Source of the DNA: Gammaproteobacteria bacterium
GTDB lineage: Bacteria > Pseudomonadota > Gammaproteobacteria > UBA4575
Direction: 5' to 3'
Length of the DNA stretch: 64,000 bases
Assembly: GCA_965222615.1 (NCBI GenBank)
Contig: CBDCUI010000009.1
Location: 448,001-512,000, forward strand
Shown: one piece after another, positions 39,163 to 49,732 of the stretch
Layout: each line of letters opens with the position of its first letter
Position numbering within the stretch: the first letter of the stretch is position 1
Made by a program: the position numbers and the translations under genes
The notes under the pieces: model-generated
What the model saw: the letters and a program-made list of their open reading frames with translations, nothing else
Told to the model about the DNA's origin: nothing
The model's database searches: none

Positions 39163-40821
39163 ATGATTACTAAGTTAACAGGAGGCACCTTATACGACCC
39201 AGCTCATAATATTGATGGGCAAGTAAAAGATATCTACATCGTTGATGACAAGATTAGTCAATCAGCACCAAATAATAAAAAAATTGATCAAGAAATTGAT
39301 ATCAGTGATTGCATTATCATGGCTGGAGCGATCGACATGCATACACATATTGGCGGTGGCAAGGTAAACATCGCGCGTACCATGATGTTGGATGACCACG
39401 AAAATAATCCAAGTTGTAAGTCTGATATTTATCGTGCAGGCAGCGGACACATAACACCTTCTACTTTCACAACCGGTTATCGCTATGCAGAAATGGGATA
39501 CACAGCATGCTTTGAGCCAGCTGTATTACCGGTTAATGCCAGGCAAGCGCATATGGAAATGGCTGACACGCCCATGATTGATAAAGGTGGATATGTTTTA
39601 TTAGGCAATGATGACTTTTTACTTAGAATGCTGAATGAAAGTGCCAGTCAAACTGCCATCAATGATTACGTAGCTTGGATATTGGATGCATCACAATGTC
39701 TTGGCATAAAAGTTGTCAATGCTGGTGGTATACATGCTTTTAAATATAATCAACGTCGCCTTGATGTAGATGAAACCAGTCCAAGTGGTGTTAGCCCTAG
39801 ACAAATTTTAACTGTGCTCAGCCAAGCCGTACATGAACTGGGGGTACCTCACCCTCTTCATGTACATTCAAGTAATCTTGGTGTGCCCGGAAATTTTGAA
39901 TCTACGCTTGCAACCATGTCTGCAGCTGACGGTCTGCCCATTCATCTAACCCATATTCAATTTCATAGTTATGGTATGGAAGGCGACCGAAAGTTCTCTT
40001 CTGCTGCTTGCGAAATTGCCGAAGCTATCAACAAACAAACCAATGTATCCGCTGATGTAGGTCAAATTATGTTTGGCCAAACTATCACGGCCTCGGGTGA
40101 TACTATGATGCAATATTTTGGACATGATCATGCTCATCCAAGAAAGTGGACAGTTATGGATATTGAGTGCGAGGCAGGTTGTGGTGTTATACCTTTTAAG
40201 TATAGTGATAAAAGTTTTGTCAATGCGTTGCAATGGGCAATTGGCCTTGAAATCTTTTTACAGGTAAATGACCCGTGGCGTATCTTTTTAACTACGGACC
40301 ATCCAAATGGCGCACCATTTACAAGTTATCCACATTTAATAAAGTTGTTGATGGATCGCTCTTTTAGAAATGATGTTTTCAGTATTATTCACCCTGAAGC
40401 GCAAAAGATGTCTAACTTGGCAACGATGCAACGCGAATATACATTATATGAAATCGCCATTATGACCCGTGCTGCGCCTGCAAAAATTTTGGGTTTGAAT
40501 GATCATGGACATTTAGGTGACAATGCCAAAGCAAATATTGCTATCTATCGAAAACAAAACGATATCGAACAAATGTTTGCCAACCCTATCATGGTATTTA
40601 AAAATGGAATACAGATCGTAAGAGATGGGGCAATAATAGAAACCGTACAAGGAATTACACATGTGGTAAAACCAGAATTTGACCACTCAATTGAAAAACC
40701 ATTAAAAAAATATTTTGATGATTTTCAAACAATCGCATTCGATAATTTTAAAATTTCTAATGATGAAATGTCAGAATGTATTGGTAGTGAACTTCAGATT
40801 CACCCTTGCAAATTAAACTAA
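39163..40821 (+). CDS. fhcA: Formyltransferase/hydrolase complex subunit A (amidohydrolase)
   Basis: DMHTHIGGGK, YRYAEMGYT, HLTHIQFHSYG, TTDHPNG. Confidence 0.95.
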   Translation: MITKLTGGTLYDPAHNIDGQVKDIYIVDDKISQSAPNNKKIDQEIDISDCIIMAGAIDMHTHIGGGKVNIARTMMLDDHENNPSCKSDIYRAGSGHITPSTFTTGYRYAEMGYTACFEPAVLPVNARQAHMEMADTPMIDKGGYVLLGNDDFLLRMLNESASQTAINDYVAWILDASQCLGIKVVNAGGIHAFKYNQRRLDVDETSPSGVSPRQILTVLSQAVHELGVPHPLHVHSSNLGVPGNFESTLATMSAADGLPIHLTHIQFHSYGMEGDRKFSSAACEIAEAINKQTNVSADVGQIMFGQTITASGDTMMQYFGHDHAHPRKWTVMDIECEAGCGVIPFKYSDKSFVNALQWAIGLEIFLQVNDPWRIFLTTDHPNGAPFTSYPHLIKLLMDRSFRNDVFSIIHPEAQKMSNLATMQREYTLYEIAIMTRAAPAKILGLNDHGHLGDNAKANIAIYRKQNDIEQMFANPIMVFKNGIQIVRDGAIIETVQGITHVVKPEFDHSIEKPLKKYFDDFQTIAFDNFKISNDEMSECIGSELQIHPCKLN

Positions 40822-40833
40822 CTCTAAATACAC

Positions 40834-41751
40834 ATGATTATTAATGGCGTTTTAATTGATGATACATTTGCTGAAGCATTTTCGATGCGTGCAACACGTA
40901 TCATTATTACCGCGATAAACTATAAATGGGCACGCCATGCCGCTGAGACCATGACAGGTTTTGCGACTTCTGTTATTGGTTGTGGAGTTGAAGCAGGAAT
41001 TGAAAAAGTAATTGGTAATCACGAAACTCCAGATGGAAGACCAGGCATTTCTGTTTTGGTCTTTGCCACGGATCGCAAAACACTAGAAAAGCAATTACAA
41101 GTACGTGTAGGACAATGTGTACTCACCTGCCCCACTACAGCTGTATTTGCCGGTATGGATGGAGAAGATCAAATATCTCTGGGCAAAAATTTGCGTTATT
41201 TTGGTGATGGTTATCAATCCTCTAAAATGATTGGCAGCAAGCGCTTTTGGCGTATACCTGTGATGGATGGTGAATTTTTATGTCAAGAATCAACTGGTTA
41301 TCAAAAAGCCATTGGTGGTGGAAATTTATTAGTACTGGCACGTCATATTTCACAGGCGTTACTTGCGTGTGAAGCTGCAATCGATGCCATAAGTGTTTTA
41401 CCAAACATTGTCTTACCGTTTCCAGGTGGTGGGGTGAGATCAGGCTCTAAGGTTGGTTCGAAATACAAAGAATTAAATGCCTCAACTAATCATCCGTTTT
41501 GCCCAACTTTAAAAGGTGAACCTGATAATGTACTTGATAAAAGCATTGAAGCCGCAATGGAGATTGTAATCGATGGCTTGACTAAAGAAGACGTAACTTT
41601 AGCCATGCACCGTGGTATCGAAGCCATTTGTGATTTAGGTAAAGCACAAGGCATTGAAAAAATTACCGGCGGTAATTATGGCGGCAAACTGGGACAACAT
41701 CACTTTCATTTACGAGAAATAATGAATGAGTCATACAACCGTTACTTATAA
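40834..41751 (+). CDS. fhcD: Formylmethanofuran:H4MPT N-formyltransferase
   Basis: IDDTFAEAF, TPDGRPG, RVGQCVLTCPT, RSGSKVGSKY, GNYGGKLG. Confidence 0.97.
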   Translation: MIINGVLIDDTFAEAFSMRATRIIITAINYKWARHAAETMTGFATSVIGCGVEAGIEKVIGNHETPDGRPGISVLVFATDRKTLEKQLQVRVGQCVLTCPTTAVFAGMDGEDQISLGKNLRYFGDGYQSSKMIGSKRFWRIPVMDGEFLCQESTGYQKAIGGGNLLVLARHISQALLACEAAIDAISVLPNIVLPFPGGGVRSGSKVGSKYKELNASTNHPFCPTLKGEPDNVLDKSIEAAMEIVIDGLTKEDVTLAMHRGIEAICDLGKAQGIEKITGGNYGGKLGQHHFHLREIMNESYNRYL

Positions 41752-42550
41752 AGGATCTGTTTCACAGCGTCTAGATATGCGCTGGTTGAGTGATTTAATT
41801 ACACAATCATTAACAAATGATCAAGCTCGTAATCTAGACATTACAGCCGGTAATGAACGAACTAACGTTGGCGAAATTTTTGATATAAGTGGTAACACTT
41901 CAAACAATGAATATGTGTTAGAGAATACTGCTCCAAATATGGACTATGTGGGGCATGCACTTAAAGCAAATACTAAATTATCCGTTAAAGGAGATTGTGG
42001 ACATTATGCAGGTGCGCAATTGGAAGGCGGTAATTTAAAAATAGAGGGTAATGCCCAAAATTTTGTTGGTAGCGGGATGCTGAATGGATTAGTAGAAGTT
42101 ACTGGTAATTGTGGTGATTACGTGGGTAGTGCTTCAAAAGGTGAAAATAAAGGTATGTCTGGCGGTATTATTCTTGTACATGGTAGTACTGGCGACTTTA
42201 CTGGAGATTTATTACGTCGCGGCACGATTATGGTCGTTGGTGATATTGGTGATCATTGTGCCAGCCGCATGATTGCCGGCACTATCACCAACTTAGGTAC
42301 AATTGGTAAACGAGTTGGCGTAGGCATGAAACGTGGAACCTTGTTGTTTCCTCACAAACCCGATGATATGGCTGCAGGCTTTCATGATTGCGGTCGCCAC
42401 AGTCTTGGTTATTTGACCCTACTGTTACACGAGTTACGTCGCCATAAAAGTAAATTCCAAATGCTGCACCCAATGCGAAGACGTGTACAACGATATATGG
42501 GGGATAAATCAGTCGGTGGACAAGGTGAATTACTAGTATGGATTGGATAA
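41726..42550 (+). CDS. fhcC: Formyltransferase/hydrolase complex subunit C (GXGXG beta-helix)
   Basis: Repeated G-x-x-M-x-x-G-x-I-x-V-x-G; ends GQGELL. Confidence 0.93.
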   Translation: MSHTTVTYKGSVSQRLDMRWLSDLITQSLTNDQARNLDITAGNERTNVGEIFDISGNTSNNEYVLENTAPNMDYVGHALKANTKLSVKGDCGHYAGAQLEGGNLKIEGNAQNFVGSGMLNGLVEVTGNCGDYVGSASKGENKGMSGGIILVHGSTGDFTGDLLRRGTIMVVGDIGDHCASRMIAGTITNLGTIGKRVGVGMKRGTLLFPHKPDDMAAGFHDCGRHSLGYLTLLLHELRRHKSKFQMLHPMRRRVQRYMGDKSVGGQGELLVWIG

Positions 42551-42568
42551 AGCTTAAATATTACAACT

Positions 42569-43402
42569 TTAAGCTCTACTTGTGAAAAACAACCATTCCA
42601 TAATTGATTCTCTAAATTCTCCAATTAAAGATTTTTTAGTTGCAAGGTCATAGTCATCAATCTCAGGATATCTATATGTTTTTGCTTTTTTAATATCATC
42701 TATCGATTCTACAACTTGACAATCATGCGTGGCTGAAAAGATATTGCATAAATAAGTAGAAATTTCGATGTCAAAACAGTCATGACTCTCTATCAAGAAA
42801 TCATGATGACGAAAACAATTCACAACTTCAGAGTCAAAAATTTTCTTTTCACAACCTTCACAATCACAAATTATTAATGCTTTTTTTATGATAGGTAAGT
42901 TTAAAAGGCTACTCTTGGTACAGGCACCTGCAATTGTAGTTATATTATCAATACCATTCAATTTAGCCATTTGATTACATAGTTTTATCGCATTTTCATC
43001 TATATCAAATGCGTATACTTTTACATCAGGAATTAGCAGGCTTAAACCAACCGCGTAATAACCTTCAGCACAGCCAATATCTATAACTTCTGTGTATTTA
43101 GTCTTACATATGTGTTTTATAACTTGATGCAACTCACGTTCATAACATCCTAGCAATTTTGGAAAAAGTGCACTGCCTTTAGATTTAACATCAGGATATT
43201 TCATCCCCTTAAAAGGACCATGTTTTACGTTCAGGGACGGAAAATACGCTTGAAGCGAATTATTTATATTTTTTCTTCGAATATAACGCTCTCTATCTTT
43301 ATCAAGGTATCTTGCCAAAGGCAAAACAAAGTGGTCAAGCAAAAACCATGTTACAGAATTTCTAGCAAATGGTCTTAGTATCTTTTTTACAAGCTTATTC
43401 AA
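42569..43402 (-). CDS. SAM-dependent methyltransferase-like protein
   Basis: GPFKGMKY, KLLG.YE.ELH, IDIGCAEGYYAVG, ICDCEG.E. Confidence 0.8.
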   Translation of the reverse strand: MNKLVKKILRPFARNSVTWFLLDHFVLPLARYLDKDRERYIRRKNINNSLQAYFPSLNVKHGPFKGMKYPDVKSKGSALFPKLLGCYERELHQVIKHICKTKYTEVIDIGCAEGYYAVGLSLLIPDVKVYAFDIDENAIKLCNQMAKLNGIDNITTIAGACTKSSLLNLPIIKKALIICDCEGCEKKIFDSEVVNCFRHHDFLIESHDCFDIEISTYLCNIFSATHDCQVVESIDDIKKAKTYRYPEIDDYDLATKKSLIGEFRESIMEWLFFTSRA

Positions 43403-43471
43403 AACTAGATTTTAAACATTCCTAATCCCTACCATTTTAAAACTAAAACCAAATAATTAAACTTTTTTATT

Positions 43472-43488
43472 CTTAAGCTATTTTTAAG
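43472..43488. promoter_or_regulatory. PmrA/QseB-type direct-repeat box
   Basis: CTTAAG-N5-TTTAAG in the divergent region upstream of the MBOAT gene. Confidence 0.4.
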
Positions 43489-43591
43489 CTAACTTTAGTA
43501 AAATCTTTACTCGATTTTGAATAAAAAGAACACCATAAGCGCGTTTTTTATCGCATCTTCTATATAGAAGATTTTCCAAAGCACTTACATT

Positions 43592-45127
43592 TTGCTATTC
43601 CCCTCGTTCATTTTTATATTTTTATTTTTGCCGATTTGTTTAATTGGCTACTATCTACTTGCCCATCTAAACAAATACTATTTTGCAATAACATGGTTAA
43701 TAATTTGTTCACTTATTTATTATGGATGGTGGAATCCTAAATATATAGTTCTGATTTTATTATCTACAATAATAAACTACTGTTTTGGTACTATTTTAGA
43801 CAGTGAAAAAAAATCCAAAATAATATTGGCAGTAGGCATTACTCTCAACTTAGCTGTACTAATTTATTACAAATATACAAATTTCATTGTCGAAAATATT
43901 AATTATGTTTTTGAAACATCGCATATCACAACAAACATAGTATTGCCTATTGCGATATCATTTTTTACTTTTCAACAAATCACCTATTTAGTAGATTCGT
44001 ATAAAAATCAAGTAAACGATAAAAGCTTTATAAGATACGTACTATTTGTAACATTTTTCCCACAACTCATTGCTGGACCTATTGTCCACCATAAAGAAAT
44101 GTTGCAACAATTTACTCGTAATCTCATATCTAATATAAATATTACAAACATAACAATCGGAATTGTCATTTTTACGATAGGTCTAAGTAAAAAGGTAATA
44201 TTTGCTGACCGATTTGCAGAATTTGCTAATCCTGTTTTTCTCGCAGCCCAAGATGGATTACCGCTTGACTTTTTTGCCGCATGGATTGGTGCTCTTTCGT
44301 ATACACTGCAACTGTATTTTGATTTCAGCGGTTATGCCGATATGGCTATTGGAATTGCATTAATGTTTGGCATAAAACTACCACTCAATTTTAACTCACC
44401 ATATAAGGCGTTAAGTATTATTGAGTTCTGGCGTCGCTGGCATATGACATTGTCACGATTTCTACGCGATTATCTTTATATACCTTTAGGTGGTAATCGG
44501 AAAGGTAAATTTAGACGTTATGTAAATCTACTGATTACTATGCTACTAGGAGGGATTTGGCATGGCGCAGGTTGGACATTCTTAGTTTGGGGCGCTCTAC
44601 ATGGTATATATTTATGTATCAATCATACTTGGCAAAAGATTGCGCCCTGCTTACCCATTTCAAAAATTCCTCAGTACGTTATGAAACCTATATATGGTTT
44701 CATCACATTTATGGCCATTGTATTAGGTTGGGTTATATTCAGAGCTGATTCATTGCCAACCGCAGGTGTTTTTTTTGATGGAATGTTAGGAACTAATGGC
44801 GTAGTTATACCAGCCAAATATCATACTCGAATGGGTGATCTTGCAAATTTATTTACTCAGCTGGGTATTCAATTTGAACATGGGAGCTTATTTAAAGGCA
44901 CGAAACAATTGCAGTTAATCTTTAGTGGATTGCTTATTGTCTGGATTTTACCGAATACTTATTCCTTATTACGAAATTATCAAATTACTACAACTGATCT
45001 AAAAATCACGCCCTCTAAACTCGCATTTTCTACTAATCTTTTTTGGTTAGTTTTCATTAGTATATTAGCTATCTACTCAATATTAGACATGGAAAAAATT
45101 AATGAATTCATCTATTTCCAATTCTAA
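43592..45127 (+). CDS. MBOAT O-acyltransferase (AlgI/PatA/DltB family)
   Basis: LPIAISFFTFQ, FFPQLIAGPI, YFDFSGY, FWRRWHMTLS, GIWHGAGW, ends EFIYFQF. Confidence 0.95.
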   Translation: MLFPSFIFIFLFLPICLIGYYLLAHLNKYYFAITWLIICSLIYYGWWNPKYIVLILLSTIINYCFGTILDSEKKSKIILAVGITLNLAVLIYYKYTNFIVENINYVFETSHITTNIVLPIAISFFTFQQITYLVDSYKNQVNDKSFIRYVLFVTFFPQLIAGPIVHHKEMLQQFTRNLISNINITNITIGIVIFTIGLSKKVIFADRFAEFANPVFLAAQDGLPLDFFAAWIGALSYTLQLYFDFSGYADMAIGIALMFGIKLPLNFNSPYKALSIIEFWRRWHMTLSRFLRDYLYIPLGGNRKGKFRRYVNLLITMLLGGIWHGAGWTFLVWGALHGIYLCINHTWQKIAPCLPISKIPQYVMKPIYGFITFMAIVLGWVIFRADSLPTAGVFFDGMLGTNGVVIPAKYHTRMGDLANLFTQLGIQFEHGSLFKGTKQLQLIFSGLLIVWILPNTYSLLRNYQITTTDLKITPSKLAFSTNLFWLVFISILAIYSILDMEKINEFIYFQF

Positions 45128-45141
45128 CTTATAAAACATAA

Positions 45142-46422
45142 ATGAATATAAATTCAAATGAAAAATTGTTCATCATGCTTTTCTTTTCCTTATTTTTAAC
45201 ATCGCTGATTACTGTTTTTGTAATAAATTACGCTATAGATCCTTATGCAATTTTTTCTCACCAAAATTCTGTAGATGGTGGCAAATGGAACCCACGTAAA
45301 CAAGTTCGCTTTGATCGTGTTTATTATGTTGCAAATAATAACTTCGATGGCCTAGTGTTAGGCAGCTCAAGGTCAGAATTAGGCATCGATATTAGACATT
45401 CTGCCTGGAATGGTTTAAATACTTTAAATATGGGAATGCCACTGATGTCACTTTTTGAAGAACATCGATTTATAATGCACGCAAATACAAATAATAGACT
45501 TAAACAAGTCTTAGTCGGATTAGATTTTTTTGCTTTTTCACCTATTCAAAATATACGCGACTCATTAACTGAATCAGCTTTATTGACTAACTCACATGGG
45601 GAAAAGAGAAATAAATTACTATCTAAGTTTACTTTTATTGTTAAATATTGCCTTTCTGGCGATATACTCGATAAGAGTATTAATAAATTAGTATTTATTT
45701 TAAATAAGAATAAAAATATTAAATTAGATCATACAAATTTAAATAACCAATCAAACAATGCTATCGATGTATTTGTAGATAGTGAAATTGGCTTTTTTGG
45801 AAATGATAGCTTATGGTTTCCCTTGCATGAGCACTGCTATGCTAAAAATCATCCATTAACTAATAAAACAGGTATAGATATTTTTGAAGATTTTATACAT
45901 TACATTCATAAAAATAAAATAAATACACATTTTTTCATATCACCGCTACATGTACGCATGTATATCGGGTTACAAGGAATTGGGCTATGGGACGAGTATG
46001 GGCAATGGAAAAAAGCCATGGTATACAGCAACGAAAAAATTGCAAAACTATATAATAGAGCCCCCATTCCTCTATGGGACTACTCAATTATCAATCAATA
46101 TAATACTGAACCAGTCCCTATAGAAACAGACTATAAAAATACTAAATTAAAGTGGTTTACTGATTCATCCCATTATAGCAAGTCTTATGGCAATATAATT
46201 CAAGACCAAATATTTAAATTACAAAATGAAGGTCCGGGAATATTGCTTACAAGCGATATTATTGATTCACATTTACAAAAAGAAAGATCAAAACTTTATA
46301 AGTTTATACAAGAGAATACGGAAATTGTTAGTGGTATTCGGAAATTTTTAGAAATTCAAAAAACATTAGATTTAGATAATAAATCTAATCGATTTACTAA
46401 TTCAAATCTTGAATGCATATAA
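45142..46422 (+). CDS. Periplasmic SGNH-like partner of the MBOAT (AlgJ/DltD-like)
   Basis: N-terminal TM followed by IDPY; LGSSR (catalytic Ser block); D-x-x-H in FTDSSHY. Confidence 0.65.
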   Translation: MNINSNEKLFIMLFFSLFLTSLITVFVINYAIDPYAIFSHQNSVDGGKWNPRKQVRFDRVYYVANNNFDGLVLGSSRSELGIDIRHSAWNGLNTLNMGMPLMSLFEEHRFIMHANTNNRLKQVLVGLDFFAFSPIQNIRDSLTESALLTNSHGEKRNKLLSKFTFIVKYCLSGDILDKSINKLVFILNKNKNIKLDHTNLNNQSNNAIDVFVDSEIGFFGNDSLWFPLHEHCYAKNHPLTNKTGIDIFEDFIHYIHKNKINTHFFISPLHVRMYIGLQGIGLWDEYGQWKKAMVYSNEKIAKLYNRAPIPLWDYSIINQYNTEPVPIETDYKNTKLKWFTDSSHYSKSYGNIIQDQIFKLQNEGPGILLTSDIIDSHLQKERSKLYKFIQENTEIVSGIRKFLEIQKTLDLDNKSNRFTNSNLECI

Positions 46423-46497
46423 ACTGTTTTTTATCATTTACAAAACACACCCAAAATATCAGTATTATTTAATGGGATTATTTCTTATACACTATTA

Positions 46498-47577
46498 TTA
46501 GTCAATTTGGCCATAATATGAATTATATAAACTGGTCATTGCATCATCTATTGTTTGCTGTAGATTATTTGGAAACTTTTTTAAATTAACCTTATTTAAT
46601 AGATTTTCAAATTCATACGGGTGGTTTTGTCTGAAACTAAGCAGAGATTTTCCTATCATTTCTTCTTTAATAGCGCTCCAATATGGATCTTTATAATTAT
46701 AACTCGCATATTTTAGCTCTTTATATAATCTACGCAGCGTTTTATCTAAAAATAATGCTTCAATTTTACACTTTAACCTAAAAACAGGCTCAGGTTTTGG
46801 TCTTGATATATTAAGTCTGTAATATTCGTTTATAGCCTCCTCATTTAAATAACGTCCCTTAAATTTTTCAAGCCATTTAATAATTATACTCCTATAAACA
46901 AATTTACGACGCCAATAATGGTGCACTATATCATTTTGATCTATAAGAGAAATATTTTTCCATTTAATTGCTATAGATAATGAAAATTCTTCAATTGCAA
47001 ACACTTCCCCTGAAGACTTATATACCTCATCGATAATTTCAATTGTATCTTTAAGCACTCCTTTATAATTTTTACTTAACCCTATTATTCCAGAATTTAA
47101 ATACTCATGCTTATCATTTATATGATATTTGTGAGAAAGGTACAAATTACACGACTCATATGCTTCTGTTTTGCAAACAACTCTCCAACTTAAAATTTTA
47201 TCTACTAGAATCACTTTATCATTTACAAGATCAAATAATAGGCTTGGACATTTCTTAAAAAAAGTGTCTGTATCGATTAATATATTTTTTTCATAACCAT
47301 TCAAAACAGACAACAATGCACACGGCTTGCAACGATGATTATAATTATCTGGTCCAACCCATTCTTTTATAATTTTTTCATCGATTACGACTATATTGAT
47401 TGGTAATTTAGAAAAGTGATTTGGAGTATCTGTTATAACAGTCATAACGAAATTATTTCGTTCTGTTCTGTATATGGCACTTAAGATGCTAAATGTTGCT
47501 TCTGATCTATATTCAATAGAACCACCATAAACTAACCAAACGAGTTGATTTGAAGGTTCAGAATTTTGCTTCAACAT
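46498..47577 (-). CDS. Glycosyltransferase-like protein (GT-A, DxD)
   Basis: LIDTDTFF, NSGIIG, HYW motifs; overlaps the end of the response regulator gene. Confidence 0.6.
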   Translation of the reverse strand: MLKQNSEPSNQLVWLVYGGSIEYRSEATFSILSAIYRTERNNFVMTVITDTPNHFSKLPINIVVIDEKIIKEWVGPDNYNHRCKPCALLSVLNGYEKNILIDTDTFFKKCPSLLFDLVNDKVILVDKILSWRVVCKTEAYESCNLYLSHKYHINDKHEYLNSGIIGLSKNYKGVLKDTIEIIDEVYKSSGEVFAIEEFSLSIAIKWKNISLIDQNDIVHHYWRRKFVYRSIIIKWLEKFKGRYLNEEAINEYYRLNISRPKPEPVFRLKCKIEALFLDKTLRRLYKELKYASYNYKDPYWSAIKEEMIGKSLLSFRQNHPYEFENLLNKVNLKKFPNNLQQTIDDAMTSLYNSYYGQID

Positions 47578-48229
47578 AGTAACCAAAACCACGTCTTGTT
47601 TTAATAGGAGGGTCTACGCCAAGCTGTTTTATTTTTTTTCTAAGATTACTGACAATTACTTCAACGACATTGCTACAAACATATGACTCTTCATCATAGA
47701 GTATTTCCTCTAATTGGTTTTTTGAGATAACACGCCCTCTAGATAAAATGATATATTCCATCACTTTGTATTCACTAGGTGTTAATTGAACATCGCATCC
47801 CATGCATTCTACTTTCTTAGTAGAAGTACATATTGTTACATTCCCTAGACTGATTTCCTTTTTTTCATCTAAAATTTTACGTTTAGCTAAAGTTTTTAAT
47901 CGAGCTATAAATTCATTAAACGTAAATGGAACAACAATATAATCATCAACCCCTGCCTCCAAGCATCTCACACGATCTTCGAGTTGGGCATCTGTTGATA
48001 GAATTAATATCTTTATGTTTTGATTTCGATGTCGAATTTTATGAAGAATACCAAAGTTACAATTTTTAAGTATGTTTACATCCGTAACAAGTATGTCGTA
48101 ATTATTAATTGCATCATATGAAATTACTTCATCTTTTTGATCTACTATATCTATACTAAACCCAAAATAACTCAAATTTTTTTGCAAAGGGTTAACAAAA
48201 GAAGAACTTTCGACAAGTAAAACCTTCAT
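47558..48229 (-). CDS. OmpR-family response regulator with atypical receiver
   Basis: REC plus winged helix (LTPSE, SNVVEV, KTRRGFGY); the conserved KPF Lys is replaced (VVPF). Confidence 0.88.
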   Translation of the reverse strand: MKVLLVESSSFVNPLQKNLSYFGFSIDIVDQKDEVISYDAINNYDILVTDVNILKNCNFGILHKIRHRNQNIKILILSTDAQLEDRVRCLEAGVDDYIVVPFTFNEFIARLKTLAKRKILDEKKEISLGNVTICTSTKKVECMGCDVQLTPSEYKVMEYIILSRGRVISKNQLEEILYDEESYVCSNVVEVIVSNLRKKIKQLGVDPPIKTRRGFGYYVEAKF

Positions 48230-48420
48230 CGGTTACTAGATATATTTACAAAGTTTTAATAATTTTGAATATTGAATGTATATAATAAAATGAGTTCCAT
48301 CATGAATAATTACCAAATGGTCATTTTAAGGTTAGGTAATAATATTTGATGAAGCTCTGAATATGTATTGCAATAAAAGGACGATAACTAGGTAAGATAA
48401 GCTGAAATAACTTATATAAG

Positions 48421-49509
48421 CTAAAATTCTATGGATAACTGTGCAGCAATTAAATCGCGGTCATCCAAATCTTCTGAATTAGCTTTTAAAATATAGTCAT
48501 CTTTATATTCTGCATGTAGATATTCTGCTGACACTGTTACGTTTTTTGAAAAACGCCAAGTTCCAGAAATTCCATATTGCCTTCTTGGTTGATCTGCAAA
48601 CTCATCGCTTTGTTCCATGCGAACTGCTAGTTGTGTGAAATATGTAGGAAAATATGCGAGTTCAAAATTATAGGCAAACGGTTTATCAGAATTTCTATCT
48701 AGCTCTGTAAATCCTCGGTTCGCCTGGACCAGCTCTGCTGTAAGTTCAAATTTATTAAACCCGGCAAGTATGTATGCATTCCATGCCGAAACTCGTTTTT
48801 CATAAACATCATTTTCATCCCCAAGAAAACGTTCATCACTTTCTGCAAGATCTGATAGATATCCAATTCCTAGTCTTAACGCTTCACTTTCAGAACTAAA
48901 ATTAATGCCTGCACCCCAATCATAGTCATTATTCCTATTTAATTTTTTTGCTTCACTCTTTAAAACGAATCCGGTTATTTCAAGCGATTCTGAAAACGAA
49001 TAATCTACAACAGCCGCATCTTTTCTAGCCTCTCCAAATTCAATAAGCGGCCCAGTTATAAAGTGACTATAATATTCACCAAAAGGCACTGTAAGTTTGC
49101 CCACTTCAATTTCAAAATTGTCAAATTCCATATTCAAGAATGCTTCATCAATTTTAGAATGATGATGATCCCCATTTTCTGTTTCAAAAACGACTTCAGC
49201 TGTAAGCCAATCAAAAATACTGGCATCTAAGCCTAACTGTATGGTCGAAACTAAACGTCTGTAATCCTTATCCTTTTCGTTACTGCTGAAATTATTCTCT
49301 ATAAATTCTTTTTCTAGCTCCAATAACCCTGAAACTTTCAACCAATCCGTTAGCTGCCTGCCGACACCTGCTTCACGCCTCTCTTCGGGATTACGATAAA
49401 TTCTTACTTCTTCTTGATAACTACCACTGTGTTTTTGGCCATTGGAATTATCAGTTTCAGCGACTGAAATAGCTGGAATTATGAACAAAATGAGTAATAT
49501 ATTTCTCAT
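48421..49509 (-). CDS. LbtU-like outer-membrane porin
   Basis: Signal peptide, SGLLELE, VPFGEYYSHFITGPL.EFGE, YLSDLAESD, C-terminal Phe. Confidence 0.7.
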   Translation of the reverse strand: MRNILLILFIIPAISVAETDNSNGQKHSGSYQEEVRIYRNPEERREAGVGRQLTDWLKVSGLLELEKEFIENNFSSNEKDKDYRRLVSTIQLGLDASIFDWLTAEVVFETENGDHHHSKIDEAFLNMEFDNFEIEVGKLTVPFGEYYSHFITGPLIEFGEARKDAAVVDYSFSESLEITGFVLKSEAKKLNRNNDYDWGAGINFSSESEALRLGIGYLSDLAESDERFLGDENDVYEKRVSAWNAYILAGFNKFELTAELVQANRGFTELDRNSDKPFAYNFELAYFPTYFTQLAVRMEQSDEFADQPRRQYGISGTWRFSKNVTVSAEYLHAEYKDDYILKANSEDLDDRDLIAAQLSIEF

Positions 49510-49732
49510 ATAATTTACTGCTTTAATTCGATTTAAAGAATCGAAGGCCATCATCTTTTCTCCAGATTATCATATGGTAATCTTCCATCTTAGGAATTGC
49601 ACTAAGGTTATCAGTATTTCAAAGATAGCTTTGTGAGACTCTTCTCTTGGTAAGGCTATGTATGTGTATGGCTTAAAGTAATGCTTTTTTACTATGACAT
49701 GCTGCAATATAAGCTGAAGGTTTTAATGTTTT

